DNA of 64,000 nucleotides from Phoronis australis (GCA_002633005.1 NMRA01000332.1:2081-66080), one strand, 5' to 3'. Shown: positions 41,401 through 56,400, counted from the stretch's first letter. The notes: generated by a model from the letters alone, not told the origin. Numbers and translations: made by a program.

Positions 41401-44400
41401 ATAAAGCATGCTCATACCAAAAAAGACTAAAAAGTGTTGGAGAACCAGACATAAATTCCGTTGGTGCAACAATGCCCCCAATTGGAGTAAGAGGCATTAG
41501 GAGGCACAGTGGTAGTTACATCATGATCAACATTATCAAAGGTTTTGGCAAAATCAATAATACCAGTCTAAGCCTAGTTTGTAAATTATGGCACATCTTC
41601 CTTATTTTCTTGGCCTTGAACAATTTAATTCAGCTTTACCTCATGTGGCACTTCTTCTGGCTTCGTTTCTTCTGCTTGGACTACTTCTGTGGATTGCACT
41701 GGTTCACTGCTGCCTGACAGCCAGAAGTCAAGGTCATCAGTGCCCTGTGAAAGGATATAAATTGTCAGAAACTACAGAAAACAAGCAGAACAAACCCGAT
41801 TCCACTTAGAGAAGTTTAGAGAAACCCCACATGCAAAAAGCTAAATGTAAACTCAAAAACTGGCAAAAACAAGACACAGAATATCTGCTGAATTTTACAA
41901 AAGATTTGCAGGTGAATGGATGAAGACTCATCCATTACTCATATGACCTTAAAACACTCCCTTAACATTCTAAATCTTTGGCGGCAACTAAGAAGTTACA
42001 CTGAACATAGTCTTCTACAAGTTCCAAAAAAATGTAATATTTCCTAAAGGGTCCTTCACCTGCGTTCCAAGAACACAAATCTACTCGAAATCTAAAGTGA
42101 AAACTGACCAATCATGTGGCATGCATTACAAGGGGTGACCGGACAATTCTTGAGTGGAGTCTTAACTAAGATTCCACGGTCATAAGCCGTAGTTCAATTC
42201 ATCTTACCGGCGTGGAATTAACAGGTTTCTTCTCTGGACTCAGCTGAGGTGTTATGGTTGGAGTCACAGACTTGGCCGGGGAGTCTGTCACCTCAGAGGC
42301 TAGGAGATCAGGGGTCAAAGCCTCTTCTGGCTCTGACTTAGTCGTCTTTTTCTTCTTGCCCTTTCATGGAAAGTGTCTAGTTTAATATACTTTTAAAATA
42401 AATATTGGATTTGGGAACAATTGGTCTGCAAGTGTTCAAAAACAAAAAACACTTCAACATTGCATGATCAGGAAAACGGGTACATCAATTACAAAAAAAA
42501 CACCATTTTACAATAAAAAATTATCAGATCTGTGTCTTAGAAATGTTTTAAATCTGTGTTACAAAATGATAAATTTGAGCTGTAGTTATAACTACAGTAA
42601 AGCATGTCAGCCTATGACTTTGTGACTTTCTCGCTGCATCAAGCATTTGAATTACGTTAACAAAAATAAACCTTTTTCTCCTTTTTCTCTTTCTTGTCTC
42701 CAGATTTGTGTTTATGCTTTTTCTTTGTCTTGCTTGGCTCGCGTTCCTCTACCACCGCCGGTGTCTCTGTGACCTCTCTGTGCCTGCGCACCGGCAATTG
42801 CTCGTCATCTCGTAACGGCCTAAAAGTGAGTCAGCCATATTTGACGCATGGCACGATGAGCACAGTAAAATAAAATATTCTAAGAGAATAAACTGAATGG
42901 GCAATGCTGAGCAATACTGAGAAATATTGCTTAATATAATGACACACTACCTCTACCTCCACCACCAACACGGATTACCGCAATTCAAATAAGTGAAGTG
43001 TCATAAGTATTACAACTATACTCTGACCAACTCAACAAACTGAAGAGCAGCATGCACAAACTGCTGGCTAAACAAAACAGAGAATGCAATTGTCAATCAC
43101 CGTGTACTTGATTAAACGCTACAATAATTGCACAACTACAAGACTCCAGAGTTAAGGCAGACAAAAAATCCTGTGTTAAAAAGCACTGCTAGCATGAGAT
43201 CGCTGTTAAGTCAGACCCAGTACTTACTCATCTAGGTTGATGTCGAGAGCACTGTATTCTTCATTGGCATGGCTGTCTTCGTTGTCTGACAATGCAACAC
43301 CCTGCATATCAAAGTGTCTGAGTGAGACATTGAAAGCACTGCCAGCAAGATGCTTGACATTGACTAAATTAAAATTCTTATTCAATCCGTTGCTAGACAT
43401 GACCAAATGAATACACACACATGAGTGCACACATACATGAACACACACACACACGTTGGCAGTGAAATGCATAATTGTCGAGCAGCATGCTCAGTAAATT
43501 ACACCCAACTTTTCATCTGCAACTTTTTTGTCAAAAATTATTCACCTGCGTCTAGTTAAGCTGACCACACACAAGTAACTGCCAACGTAACACACTGTGG
43601 GAACAAAACACTGAAATCAATACAAGTCTAACATGAGTTCATGTTGAAACTGATAACTATCTTCACAGGCCACTTTTTACGAGGTGGAAGCCAGCAACAG
43701 CCTAACTACAGCTGGGTGTAACACCCTTCTAAGTTGACCCCCCTACTGTTCACTTCCCTCACAGCTTGTTGTCTCACCTCGGGCATGTCCATGGCTGTAC
43801 TGACTTCATGCATAATCTCAACCTCATCATCTTCCGACTCCGACTGAGGCTGGCCTTTCTTCTTCCTATTCTTCTTCTTCTTCTTCGACTTGCTTGATTT
43901 TGACTTTGACTTGCGGTTGAGTTCATCCTTCTGCAGTTGCAGATATTTGTCCGATGACGTCATGCCTGACAAAACAATAACTACAGGTTTACATGCTCAC
44001 TTGACTTTCTTCAAGACAATTCAAACAACGCAGGACAATACCAAATGAATTTTTGGGCTTGGATGCTATCTATTATTGAAACATTTTATCACAAAAAAAA
44101 ACAAAGAATGACTTTGACTTTAATTTGCAGTCGTTAAATCAGTATATCAAAATTAATCAACTTAATTTCAGTTACATCATTCCAATCTCATAAAGAAACG
44201 ATGCATTTGCAAAAACATGTAAATGGCCGTATTAGCTACAACTGAACTAACGGCCTTTAATAAAACAGGTGAAGTTTCAAGTTAATCAAGGTCACAGCTG
44301 GTACGCTTACCTGGGACATGAAGAGGTACAGAGAGGTCAATGGCCGTGACGGGAATATCTTCAACGTGTTTAACTGTCTTCTTGGTGGAGCCCTTGATGT

Positions 44401-47400
44401 AGAAGGGATTACTGGCCTGATCCTGCAGCCGCTGCATGCGCTGCTGCTCAATCTCCTCAGGGGACGGTTGGTGCTGCTTACGCGACTCCAGCTGATAGTT
44501 CATTCTGAAACACGCGAGTATAAGTGAGGTGAGAATGCAGGAACAATACAGATCAGAGGTTAGCCTGGCTGGGAACACTGAAAACGTACTGAAACTGTGC
44601 ACAGCTACAAAAATATGGAAGAAGTAGGAAACTTTTAATGAATGTTTCTTTTTTTACATTCAGTGAATGGTACTGTAGCTCATGGAAGAGGCAAACTCCC
44701 TAAATTAAATTAATGTAGGCAAACGCATGACCTGACCAACATAAGGAGTCTTCTAACAAGATTACCTAGTACACAATTCATTGAACAAAATCCACGCAGC
44801 ACTCTAATTTCTTTCAACATAATAAGCAAATCTTACCCGTGCTCTTCCACATTAGTGAACAGGTTGCCTCTAACAGGTTCTTCTTCATCAGAACTCTCTT
44901 TAGGGGGCTCATTGATCCACTTGTCCAGGTCCAGGCTAGAAGCAACAAGTTAAAACTGATTACCCAAGCACTAGGCACCAAATTACACTGAATATCAAAC
45001 TGTGAAGATTCCAAGACTAATAAGGAAATGCATATGTTAATAAACTGAAATACATAACATAGCAGAAAACAGCAACGGTTTTAGCAGATTACATGATTGT
45101 GCAACAAAATGTCATTATGGATGAAAAAGGGGTTTTCTGAAATCAGACTCAACGTCAAATTGAGCTCTTAACCGCAGCAGTCACAATTCAATGCTTTACT
45201 AGTGGAAATGAACCTACAAGACAAATGGTAAATTATTTTAAGCTTATTTAATCATCGAAGTTGTCGGCCTTGACTTCAGCAAATGGCTGGCAGACGACGA
45301 CTAGTATTGGTGATATATAATAAAATCATCAAACCGCAGCAGATTTTGTTGCTTTATAATACTCTTTTCAAAGTTAATAACTTCAAAAAGTCTATCCAAT
45401 CCAATACTAATCATCCAAAATGCCTTTTCTGGCAATAAACTGATAAAGGTCCGTTTGAGCACATACGTGTGGATAGTTTTTTTCACTTCTGCTGCAAACT
45501 GTCATCAAAAGGTGTCTTTTTATATTAAATTAAAAAGTAATCCAGGAAGACATCTAGTTTTCTCTGCCACTCACTGTAGTATGTTCCTCTAGTCCCAACA
45601 AATCACTCTTCCACAATAGACACACACACTCAGTCACACTCCTGAGCGCACACACCCACACAGACTCTGGGAGCTCCTTGACTGTCTATGTACGATTTCA
45701 CAATTTGAGTGAACTTATGGACTGACCACCGCGGCTTGCAATGACCAATGACAAAACAGAGGAAAAACTCCCAGGTGATGTATCGTTCCACAAATCAAGA
45801 GGCTTATGTAATACAAATATATTTTTGTATTGTAAAATTTAACTGAAATAAACGTTTTTGCCTGATTAAAGTCAAAATAATGACAAAGAAAGAGACGAAA
45901 AAGAGGAGACTGGAAATCAAATGAGAGGAAATTGTAACCAAAAAGAGGAACTCTTAAAATACAGGGCTTGGAATGACCAATGACAAAAAACGCGGAAACT
46001 TTTTTCCGTCCAAATCATGCGCGCTACCCAGCCTTGAAATGGTCGATGTGAACCTTTCCCTGACAAAAATCAGGACTAAAAAAAATATGTTACCATCATC
46101 AGTAGCATGCGTCTGTGTCCTTTTAGCTCGTCCGTCCACTCCCAACCCACACATTTTTGGCTGCAGAGCCGTAGTATTTGTCGCCGCGGTTTACAATAAC
46201 ACGAAAGTCCCACCACGCTATCCCAGATGCCCCGGCAATAATGACAATTTACGTTCCTCCGAAACATAAAGAACAACTTTCGCTTTTCGAGGTGAACATC
46301 GTCTGCAACGCCGCGGTAAGAAAGGAATTTGCCACGGAAATTTTATATCAAATCCGATTTTTTTTTACGCGGAAATATAATAAAATGCGCGGACAGAACA
46401 TTTGAAAAAAGCGGAAATCTGCGTTTCCGCGGAAAATTCCAAGCCCTGAAAATAGGAAAATTCCAAGCCCTGAATCACACAGGTGGCAAATGTCACTAGA
46501 AGGAATTGTGCAAAATAAAATAACGTAAAACGATGACACATTGAACTTTAAAAAAATGAGGCACTACTACCTAAGGCACCAGCCTAAACTTTGAAGGGAT
46601 CGTATCCCAGACTCACCCCTCAGGCACTGGCACCTTCTTCTGAGCCTTGGCAGCCACAGGGTTGAGGTCACCGGCAAACAGAGAGCCGACCTCTTCAGCA
46701 CACTTGACACCCTTGTCCTGCAGCTTGGTAATATATTTCATGAGCTGCAGTGCACAGCAGGCCTGCGGAGAACAACAGAGTTACAAGGTCAGTGTACAGA
46801 AGGCCTGCAGAGAACAACAGATCTGTGAGACACTGCAATTCTTCCAAGAACCCAGAGACCAATTGCATGAGACAGCTAATAGGGATTCAATTATGTTTTG
46901 TAAGTTTACATTGCATTTGTAGACTTTGTAGATCCTCTGGTTGTCCTTTCTTCTGCTGTTTTATTTTCATTCACATGTCAAATTTTAGCAATGACACATA
47001 TTGGGAGTAAACCATACAATGAATTCTTAGTAGTACTGAAAATAAATACAAACCTTTTTGGCAATGTTCTACTTTAAGGACTTGGCTCTAATTTCTAGAC
47101 AGCATGCATTTCTTTTTAGACAGTATCATTCCCAAATTGTATTTGATGGTCAGACTAATTTCCAAACCCATAACTAGGGCTTTACAAGCATTATTTTCTC
47201 ACTCAAATATGAGGCCTGTATAGCCGGCTCCCCAACTTAAACTCACCACATCAACACCCGTCTACATTCGCCCAGTTCCCCTAGGCTATTATTACTTACC
47301 CTCTCCTGCACCTCAAGGTCGGCACTTTGCACAAACATAGGCAGCTTGTCCGTCAGCAGCTGCGTGACCTCTCGGGTCAGTTCGCCGTCGTCTTCATCCT

Positions 47401-50400
47401 CAGCCTGATGCAGAATGCGTGAGTACAGCTTGAGTACATTCTGTACATAGACACTCTGGATGTGCCCAGGCAGGCTAGTCACCTTGGCCCGCAACATAGA
47501 CTCAAGTGTCGACTTGGGATCAGCCAAGTGTCTGGAATGAGACGGAACAATGTTTGGCAGAAATTAAAAAGCTGATTCTGAACAGCAGTGACTTAACATG
47601 AGCAAGGGCACTCACCATAACCATACTTAGGTAACTTTCAGTGAGTGCTTCATAAAAGTGGCAGCCAGACAGATTTTATTCATCTATTTTACATTGGGTA
47701 AACCATGTTTTTGGTGTTTTTCAACGTGTGAGCCAGTCATAAGCTATCCTAAATTTGATCGTTAAGCATACAAGCAAAAAGAGAAGACCCAATACCACAG
47801 AGTGTTTGGTGAAACTAGCTAGGCAAAACCCAAGCCTGTATAAAATTTAAGTCTATTAATGTTAAATCTAACTCTCAAGTCTGTATCAACAGTGTGAGAG
47901 CAGGACTATTACGTGTGTATTGAACTAAAAGTGGCCATGAGAAAAGGCTGGATTAGAGGTTACAAAGGCAATTTTTTCAGATACTAAGTACAACTTTGCA
48001 AAGGAACGTACTCAGAGAACTCTCCACAGATCCATGCGGCTGCGTACAGCACCTCGGCTATGCCGTTTCTCTGTGCATTGTTGGCGAGAACGCAGGCATT
48101 CTCTAACAGTACTGCCATCTGGCCGACGGCGAAGGGACGAATGGCTTGGACTCGAATGGCGACATCCAACATCTGGGAGGCGATGAGTCGGCCATGGCGG
48201 GTGCCCTCCATACGTGTCAGCTCCACCAACACGCTCACGTACCTGTAGAAAGAGGGAGGTGAGTGAAACGAGGCTGAAAAGGCGTGAATTAATATAATGA
48301 ACGAAGATGTCAAACATCTGGGAGGCTGTCACTTGCCAACAATGAATGCCCTCTCTGTGAGTTTGTTTCAGTATCATGCTTAAATACTTAGGGAGACAGC
48401 AAGGAGCAATTTAAGTCAGATTATTTAACAACAATGGAATGCGAATGAACAATTTGGGCATCTGTGATGCCATCAGTTGGCCATTTTGGATGCCTTCCAC
48501 ATGAGTCTGCTTTACCAGCACTCACATAGATAACAGTACAAGTATCTTCTCGTGAAAAAATGATGGACAGAGCAGCATTTTTCAGCACATTGTCCACGAT
48601 TTTTCTTTTCCACATGATATCAACAACGTTAATTGAATTTTAGGACATGATCTTCCGTCACCAAGTGAAAATTCTCTACCGTAAATGCAATAACACCAAC
48701 ATACAACGGGTGATGAACCAGTAGAACGGAAATAAATTTTGACGAATGCGGTCACCTCTTTAAACAAGAGCAACGCAGAGCGTTGAACTGCGCCCACAAT
48801 TGCACCGTATACTTCATAGTCACGAAGTAAAACAAAGTATACACCTTAAGACCTATGAAAATACAGAGGTCAATGTAAAATACTTAAAATACTTAAATTG
48901 CCACTAGAGGCATACCGGTAGTCAGAATCATCCTAAAGTCGTCACCGTCAGTTGTCAACATCACATAAATACACTTGCTAAATTTAGTAAAGATCCTGCA
49001 AACGGTTTGGGAGATACAGCCATGGGCGCAAAAAAAAATCTGCCACAAGGAGGCGCCACAGTAATCAAAGTCATGGGAAATTCAGCGTCAACCGTCCTCT
49101 TCATAGTAAGAACATACATGCCAATTTTCACAATCATACTTAGAGCGGTTTGGTTGATAGAGGGGTGCATGCCAAAAAACAGACTCAAAACAGTAAAAAT
49201 GGCCATTGGGTGTCGCAAACGAGGTCGAATCCATCCGAAAACGGGAGGATAGCGTCATCACACTAATAGGTGCCTACATACCAAATTTCATGAAAATCCG
49301 TTCAGGACTTTTGAAGATACAAAGGCAAGCGTAAAAAAATAAAATTGCCACTAGGGGGCACACCGGTAGTCGGAACCGTCCGAAAATTCGCACATGCTGT
49401 CCCATTCATGAATGGAACATATGTGCCAAATTTCATGAACGTATGTCAAAGGGTTTTGGAGATAGAGCAGCAAACGCCGGACGCCAGACGCCGGACGGAC
49501 GCCGCCCGTACAGACGGACGGAGATGACGGCATAATGCGTCCACATATAAATATGTGGGCGCATAAAAAAGACAACAGCGAATGCATCAAATCCTGCCCA
49601 ACATACCACTCAAAATTTGTGATGTACTGGTAATTGGACTGACTGCTGATCTCAATGGTCTTGCACAGCAGCTCATCCCTGTAGTGTGAACCCTCAGCTT
49701 TGTCCATGTGTACCATAAGCTTCTTGACTATCTCCATCAGGTTCTTCTTAGACACCTGACAACACACAAGAACAGAGTAAGATGAAATAAGACGAACGGC
49801 AACAAGAATTATATTAAAAGACCCAACATTTCCAGCATTGCCCTTTTTCAGAGATTGAAACGGACCACGGGATCAGGTAAAGTCAGGGTGGCACAGTTTA
49901 CTAGTCCCACAGTCCGTTACACCCGATGTGACAGAGTAGTGGTCGAAATGTTGGCGTTGATTCAACAGGTGTTCAGTGCAGTGGGCCCACATACGTGGCC
50001 TGTGCACGTCTGGTACAACGTGTGCCAGACCGTATTTTTATGTTTATATCTACATTCATATTTACTTATATGCACTTTAACACTTTGTTACTATTACCGA
50101 TATGAAACTGACAGTAAAACTAGTGCAAGATGGATCAAACTGGGCGTGAGATTTTATCAGTGAAAGCGAAACTCAAATCATCTGAAAGGAAGAGAGCATG
50201 AAGTATTCATTGACACCGTGGAACTGTGAGAGTGAAGCAAAGATCCAACTCATGTGTGTGCGAAAGGTAAGTTTCATCCTTCAAAAACCACAACACTCAG
50301 GAACATGTACCAATGCCTTTTACTAACTACCAAAGGATCTTCTGATGCTCTGAGCACATGAAAGCCAGGAACACAAATCCCTAAGTTAGATTTAGATTAA

Positions 50401-53400
50401 AATTGCAACAGCCATATCAACAGGAACCTTTTCTGTACTAATAAGGCCACTAAGCAACTCTTAGACTAATGTGTTACCATGCCATATAGGAGGTCAAGGG
50501 CCCGGAGTCGTATAGACTCATCCTTGTCGTCCAAACACTGCAGAATGAGGTCCTTGTGTGACTGAACACTCTTGGGGTGGGTCTTGAGGATACGGGACAT
50601 GGCTAGTAGGCCAAGGTACTTCACTGAAACGATAGGAAAACACTGAATGCGAGGGAGGCGTAATAGTAACTCCTAGATATCTGAATGAACGAATAGACAC
50701 TTAGTCAATTTAAAGAACAGCCTAGCAATGCCTTACAATGGGCTTCACAAGGAGCACCATCTTCTCGTTCAAAATGGGGAGACGTGACTAGCTGCTATTT
50801 CACTAACCATTCCTCGAATTTTGAGAGACAAAATTACAAAAAAGTGACTAACATCTCCTTTGTTACGGATAATGCAATAACATGAGCTGTAAATGATCTG
50901 AATTACATGGTAAAGGGTAAGAATATCTTCTTTTTGTATGAAAGATCTTTAATCAATAACTTTTTTAGGGGTTTGAATTTTGCTACAAGCTGACAATACT
51001 TACAGTTCTGATCGGAGTCTTCAATAAGGATGCGAAGTTTTTGGACACAGAGCTGGAATGAAGAAGAGATCACTAGCTGGATCAGTAGGACAGCAGGGAC
51101 CCAGTGGGTCGGTTCCACTGAGACCTGAGACAACAATACGCAATCTGCCACGGGGAAGCTAGCTGAAGAGTGAAACTAGTTTAATCAAGAAACGTGTCGG
51201 CACTCCTTCAGAAGCTTGAGTATTTATAATTCTATTAAGCATTAAATAATTTGCACTAGCTTAGGTGTAATAGCATGTAATAATTCCTCTCGACTGGTAC
51301 TGTTCACTGGTGTTACAAGACAACACTTTTGTGTTCTACGCCTGAAAGACGAGACATTGTCCCAGAAAGAAGCCAAGACCTCCTGACATTAACTAAAAAA
51401 CAAATTGGATTAAAAATATTTGTTCTACCTCAACTCAAACACATAAGACATTCAGTGAGCTATATGAAAAGAAAATATTACACAAGGACACATATTTAAG
51501 GCCCCGTTATCAAACATATGTTAGTACCCGGTTTTCACACTACTATATTTAGATTCTACCGCACTTGTAAGGAGTTATAATGTCAATCTTACAACCGAGG
51601 GACGAGAGTATCTTACCTGTATGGAAGCGGAGTGGTTGGGTATCCCTGAAGATATAGAAACAAGTACTGTAAGCAAGCAGAAAACAAAAACAGCATCAGT
51701 TGTTGCACACTTATCTGGTTCAACAGCTCAACAGGGTCGGAGAACAGCTTCGAAGTTGGACCTACAAACGCCTAGAGACCTGTTCACGTACTAACACACC
51801 GACAATGTCAAGAAGTCGACGACAAAAAAGTAACAGGACACAATGAGGTGTTCTTCCATTTTCTGAAGAGATTGTTAGTGGAATGACGGACGTTCAAGAC
51901 AAAGTTGTCAAGGAAGGTCCCAGTGACGCTATTGTAGGTCCAAGGAAAAGATGTTCTCTGACCCTGCAATGAAAGAAGGACGAAAGAAAGAGAGATAGAG
52001 AGTTGACACAGTTTATCCATCACCACCAAGATAGCGAGACTTATACAGTATGTTAGTTCCATCATTAGCCACTCGATGGCAGTGAACAAATGATGAAACT
52101 AGCACAATACGCATTGTACAACAAGAAGCAAAATTAGGCAAAAGCGAGGACAGGTTTTGGAAACATTACTCCAAAACCCAAACAGAGTATCTTGGCAAAA
52201 CATTACCTTAATTTTAAATTAATTGTCAGCCTTCGTGAAGACATTTCATACTTCATCAAAGACACGGTGACTGAACACCTTAATTCATGCCATAAAATGT
52301 TGCAAAATTGTTTATGATCATGTGACCACCACTTTTGAGATGACAAGTTATGCTTTAAACATGAACTTCTAAAAACCTTTTGCGTTTGAATTACAGGTTA
52401 ATATTACCATTGATATGCATAAAAACAGACTTTGGTTTCATTTTACTTCAAATAACAGAGATACTAGCCATCAAAGACGCTTTTCAAAACATCGTTTTAT
52501 TTTTGAACACGGACAAACTCCGTTCCAAGCCAAATCTATAATCCGAGACACAACTGCCTCAGGTATAGACAATTAAAACAAATTACATAAAACTCCATAA
52601 GAAATGATGAACTCACTATAAATTAGAAACTGACGTTCAAAACGGCCAAGGATGTAGAAAATCAATACTTGAAATGAAAGGCAAAGATTCGTCACATAAC
52701 TGAAAGTTATGTAACTGAAAGTTTTTTTTTTAAAATTTCATAATTTAACACATACTGCATTTAAACAAACGCTATGAGCAGCAATGAACAGAGTGCATAT
52801 TGAATTTTTGAAAAAAATTAACGGAGGTCAACAATGACTTTAACTAGACTGGAATGATAGGAAAACAGATGTTGGAGCAGTGTGTGAAAAATACCCCGGA
52901 AGGGAAAAACACAAATTCCTTGTTCCCGACAGCATCCACTCCCCAATAATAAATCCCACATCACTACTCGTAGTTGTAAAACCAGAATACAATAATTCTT
53001 CACATACTTTGCACAAACGTAAATTACAGAAAAGCTATTTTCCCCTTTTCAAGAGTGATTATTTTGCCTACATTGTAACTACACCGAATGCATTTAAACT
53101 GATTAATAGTAGAGTACCATTTTATTTTTCATTTAGAAATTTGACAGAATAGGTTTCCCTTGTCCACCATATTGTGTGCTAAATACGTGAAGAATTGAAA
53201 CAGTAATTTGAACACGGAAAAGCTAACAAAGAGGGAAACATGACAAACAATACATCAACAGAAAGAGGTTAAGATAAGAAAAATCATGGTAAGTGTACAA
53301 CACATGATGTTATTCCAACAGTAAAACAAGGACATTTATTGTAATAAAACAAATAACCTGACTCGGCTCGCAATATATACAATCCCTTTACATATACATA

Positions 53401-56400
53401 TACTGTATATATGTATATGTATATGTATATGTATACATAGCTTTAGAACTTGTAATGTAATTTGATAATGAAGGTTAGTATTAATCAATTAACAGTGTCA
53501 AAACACACAATTTGAGCACTACGTCAACAATTTATTTAGACAACAATAACACCTATGAGCTCTGTTCCAACAATGATACAGCCATATAAAACGAGAAACG
53601 ACATCTTGTATTACTTGAGGAGTCTACTTGTTTGTGATGTGTTGCAAATTTAGCAATCGACACTTGAATTTGTGTGAAATGTGTGGTCATAAGGTCATTG
53701 CCATATCACTGAAGAAAGGCTCAATATTAATTGAAACTGAATTGTTTTCACCATGGATGTTAAGTAGCTTGGGGTGCACCATGCATGATGTATTTCCAAT
53801 ATTAAACTGGCAAAATGTTAACAAATGCCTGAAACTCATTAACTAATGGGTGGCTTTTATGAGTACAGCACTCAAAATATAAGCATGGTGATCGAATTCG
53901 ATCAAGGTGCCTCAAACTCTGAGCTGGCTGGTCAACATGTGAGCATGATGGCTCAATATTTGAGGACTATGGCTCAACGCAAATAGCCTGATGAAACTGC
54001 TGCTGACCATGACAAATAAGTTAGTTAGATGTAAGAGGCGAATTATTAAGAACTTCTTTCCACTTCGTTTTGGTCAAAACTATATGAAAAAAAAATTTAA
54101 TGCAAGCCAACTTAGTAAAACTTCACAAATAAAGCTAATTCTACATGACTTCAAATGTAGAGAATTCTTCAGCTGAGTTTTGAATTTCCACTGGTTCACC
54201 AATAAAAAGGCCGCTACAGCTGAATGCTAATGACTTTTGAATTCTACTATTAATAAATTCTTAGTAGAAATCGTGAATTACTAAGTGCTCTACTATTGTA
54301 CATGCATCTTTCCAATGATGAGACTAACTTTACATTCTTGACTAGAGAAATCAGTATTATAGTTCCGTAACAGCTCTTCATCAACACAAACTTAGTTGAA
54401 GGCACGACTACTTTTGTTAAACAGCATACTCGTTCATAGTCTCAATACAATCTCCTATCTTCAGGTGAAGCAAAACACCCAGAAACATAACGTACAAACA
54501 AGTCAGAAGTAGTTGCTATGTTTCGTGCAGCTCACAGGTGTTTACCACACGATGGCTCTGTTCCATTAGACTTGCGGGATCCCTACCGTGTGACACATTC
54601 ACACTGTCTCTCTGCTTGCATGCCCGTCTACCAGCTGTTATCGTTTACGTCACTGTATATTTCACTTCGTCCAAGCTCCTTTCCTCTATTGTCTCGAAAT
54701 ACAACAACTGTTTTAACTTGTTTGTATGTTATGTCTCTTGGTGTTTTGCTTCATAACTGCACACCCGAAGACAGGAGATTGTATAGAGACTACCAACAAG
54801 TATATAACAAGCTGTCTAACAAAAAGTACAATAATGACTTCAACCAAGTTTGTGACTAGTACGGTATCTTTAACTTCAATTGCTTATCACCATGCACTTT
54901 CGTGTGTTCAATGTACTGAAATTTGATACATCGCACCAACTTCCCCAAGTTTTGTCAAGTTATGGTGCAAGGTGGAGAAGAAAACTCCGTAGAAGTTCAC
55001 TTGCAAATCGTAACGGGAAAAACAAAAAATGTCTAAACGGTAATTTCAACAAAGTCGTGAAATAATTGTCACTTATTGAAAATTGCCGTAGGTTTAACTT
55101 TTACACAACTAGAGCAGTAGATAGACAAAATTGAGAGATCTTACCTGCTATGACAGTGTTTATGCACTCGTACAGCAGAGACATGGCTGAGGTGCTGTAA
55201 CAGAATGGCACTGAATGTAACCCTCTAGCAAAACACAGCTCTATGGCAGTAAAGATTTCACCAAAAAGACTTGGCTATCTGGCAGTTTTATTAATAGCCT
55301 GATAAAGAACGAGACAAAACTAACGAGATAAGACACGGATATCCAGTAACGATAGCTAATGCTGTTACCAGTAGAAAATACTCGTCAACTATTCAGCCAG
55401 TAAAACACTTAGTTATAGAATGGCTAAGCCACTTTTCTAACTTTCCTATTAATTCCCTTTCATTCTCGGTCATGAGACAAGACTGTTCTGGCGATGAATT
55501 CAGCGTCCACCCAGCAACATGACGGAGGAATTCCAGGTCATTTTGATTGAATATTTTTGGCTCATACTATTCTTTTTAACAAAAAAGACAACCTATGTTC
55601 TTCAAAGCAAAAATCACAGATTTCTTTACTCAATGCATGTCAAATCATGACATTTCAAACCCATGTTTACATGCTTTTGTGCAACTTTTCAAAAAAAAAA
55701 ACACGCAGAATTTGAAATTGATAAAACTGATATGGGAGGACAAGCTGTTTTTCTTTTATTTTGTCGTTGAGTGCAGGTCTCAAAATGAATAGGTTAAAGA
55801 CCAAATACAACCAACTTTTCTTTTTGGCAGATCACCTGTGATCTCTGTCACTGTTAAGAACTTACCTGTGAATTAAGTTAGTGAGTGGCTCAATCAACTT
55901 CTTGCCGAGTCGAGGTTCAAGTGGTGTCAAGGCACCAAACTGCAGAGTGAAAAAACGAACAAATAGTAAACAAACAGCAAAATGCTACATAGGAACACTA
56001 GAGAGTAATCAAGCAGAAATGCAACTACACAAGGGCTCGTACTGTCTTCAGGAGCTATTGGAGAATTCCTATTTTCGACTAAGGCCCTTACAGTCACCAA
56101 AAGGTTATTTAGAGCTTCAGAAGGATTGTTTTTACGCAAAAATAAAACACTTGATCTTAGCCAGCATTTTCTTTGGAAATTAATGAAGCTAAAATTCACA
56201 AACCATGCAAGCAGGAGGTTACCACATGAACTGTGGCATCTACAACAGCAGCACAAACTTACCAGTTTGATTATCTTGATGAGGACCCAGTTATTAGTGG
56301 AAGTCGTCATCAGTTTGAAGAACATTGGGGCCAGCGACAGATAGTTCTTGGGGTTCTTGCGTGCCAACTCACAGATGACGTTTACTGCTGCAGACTGTAC

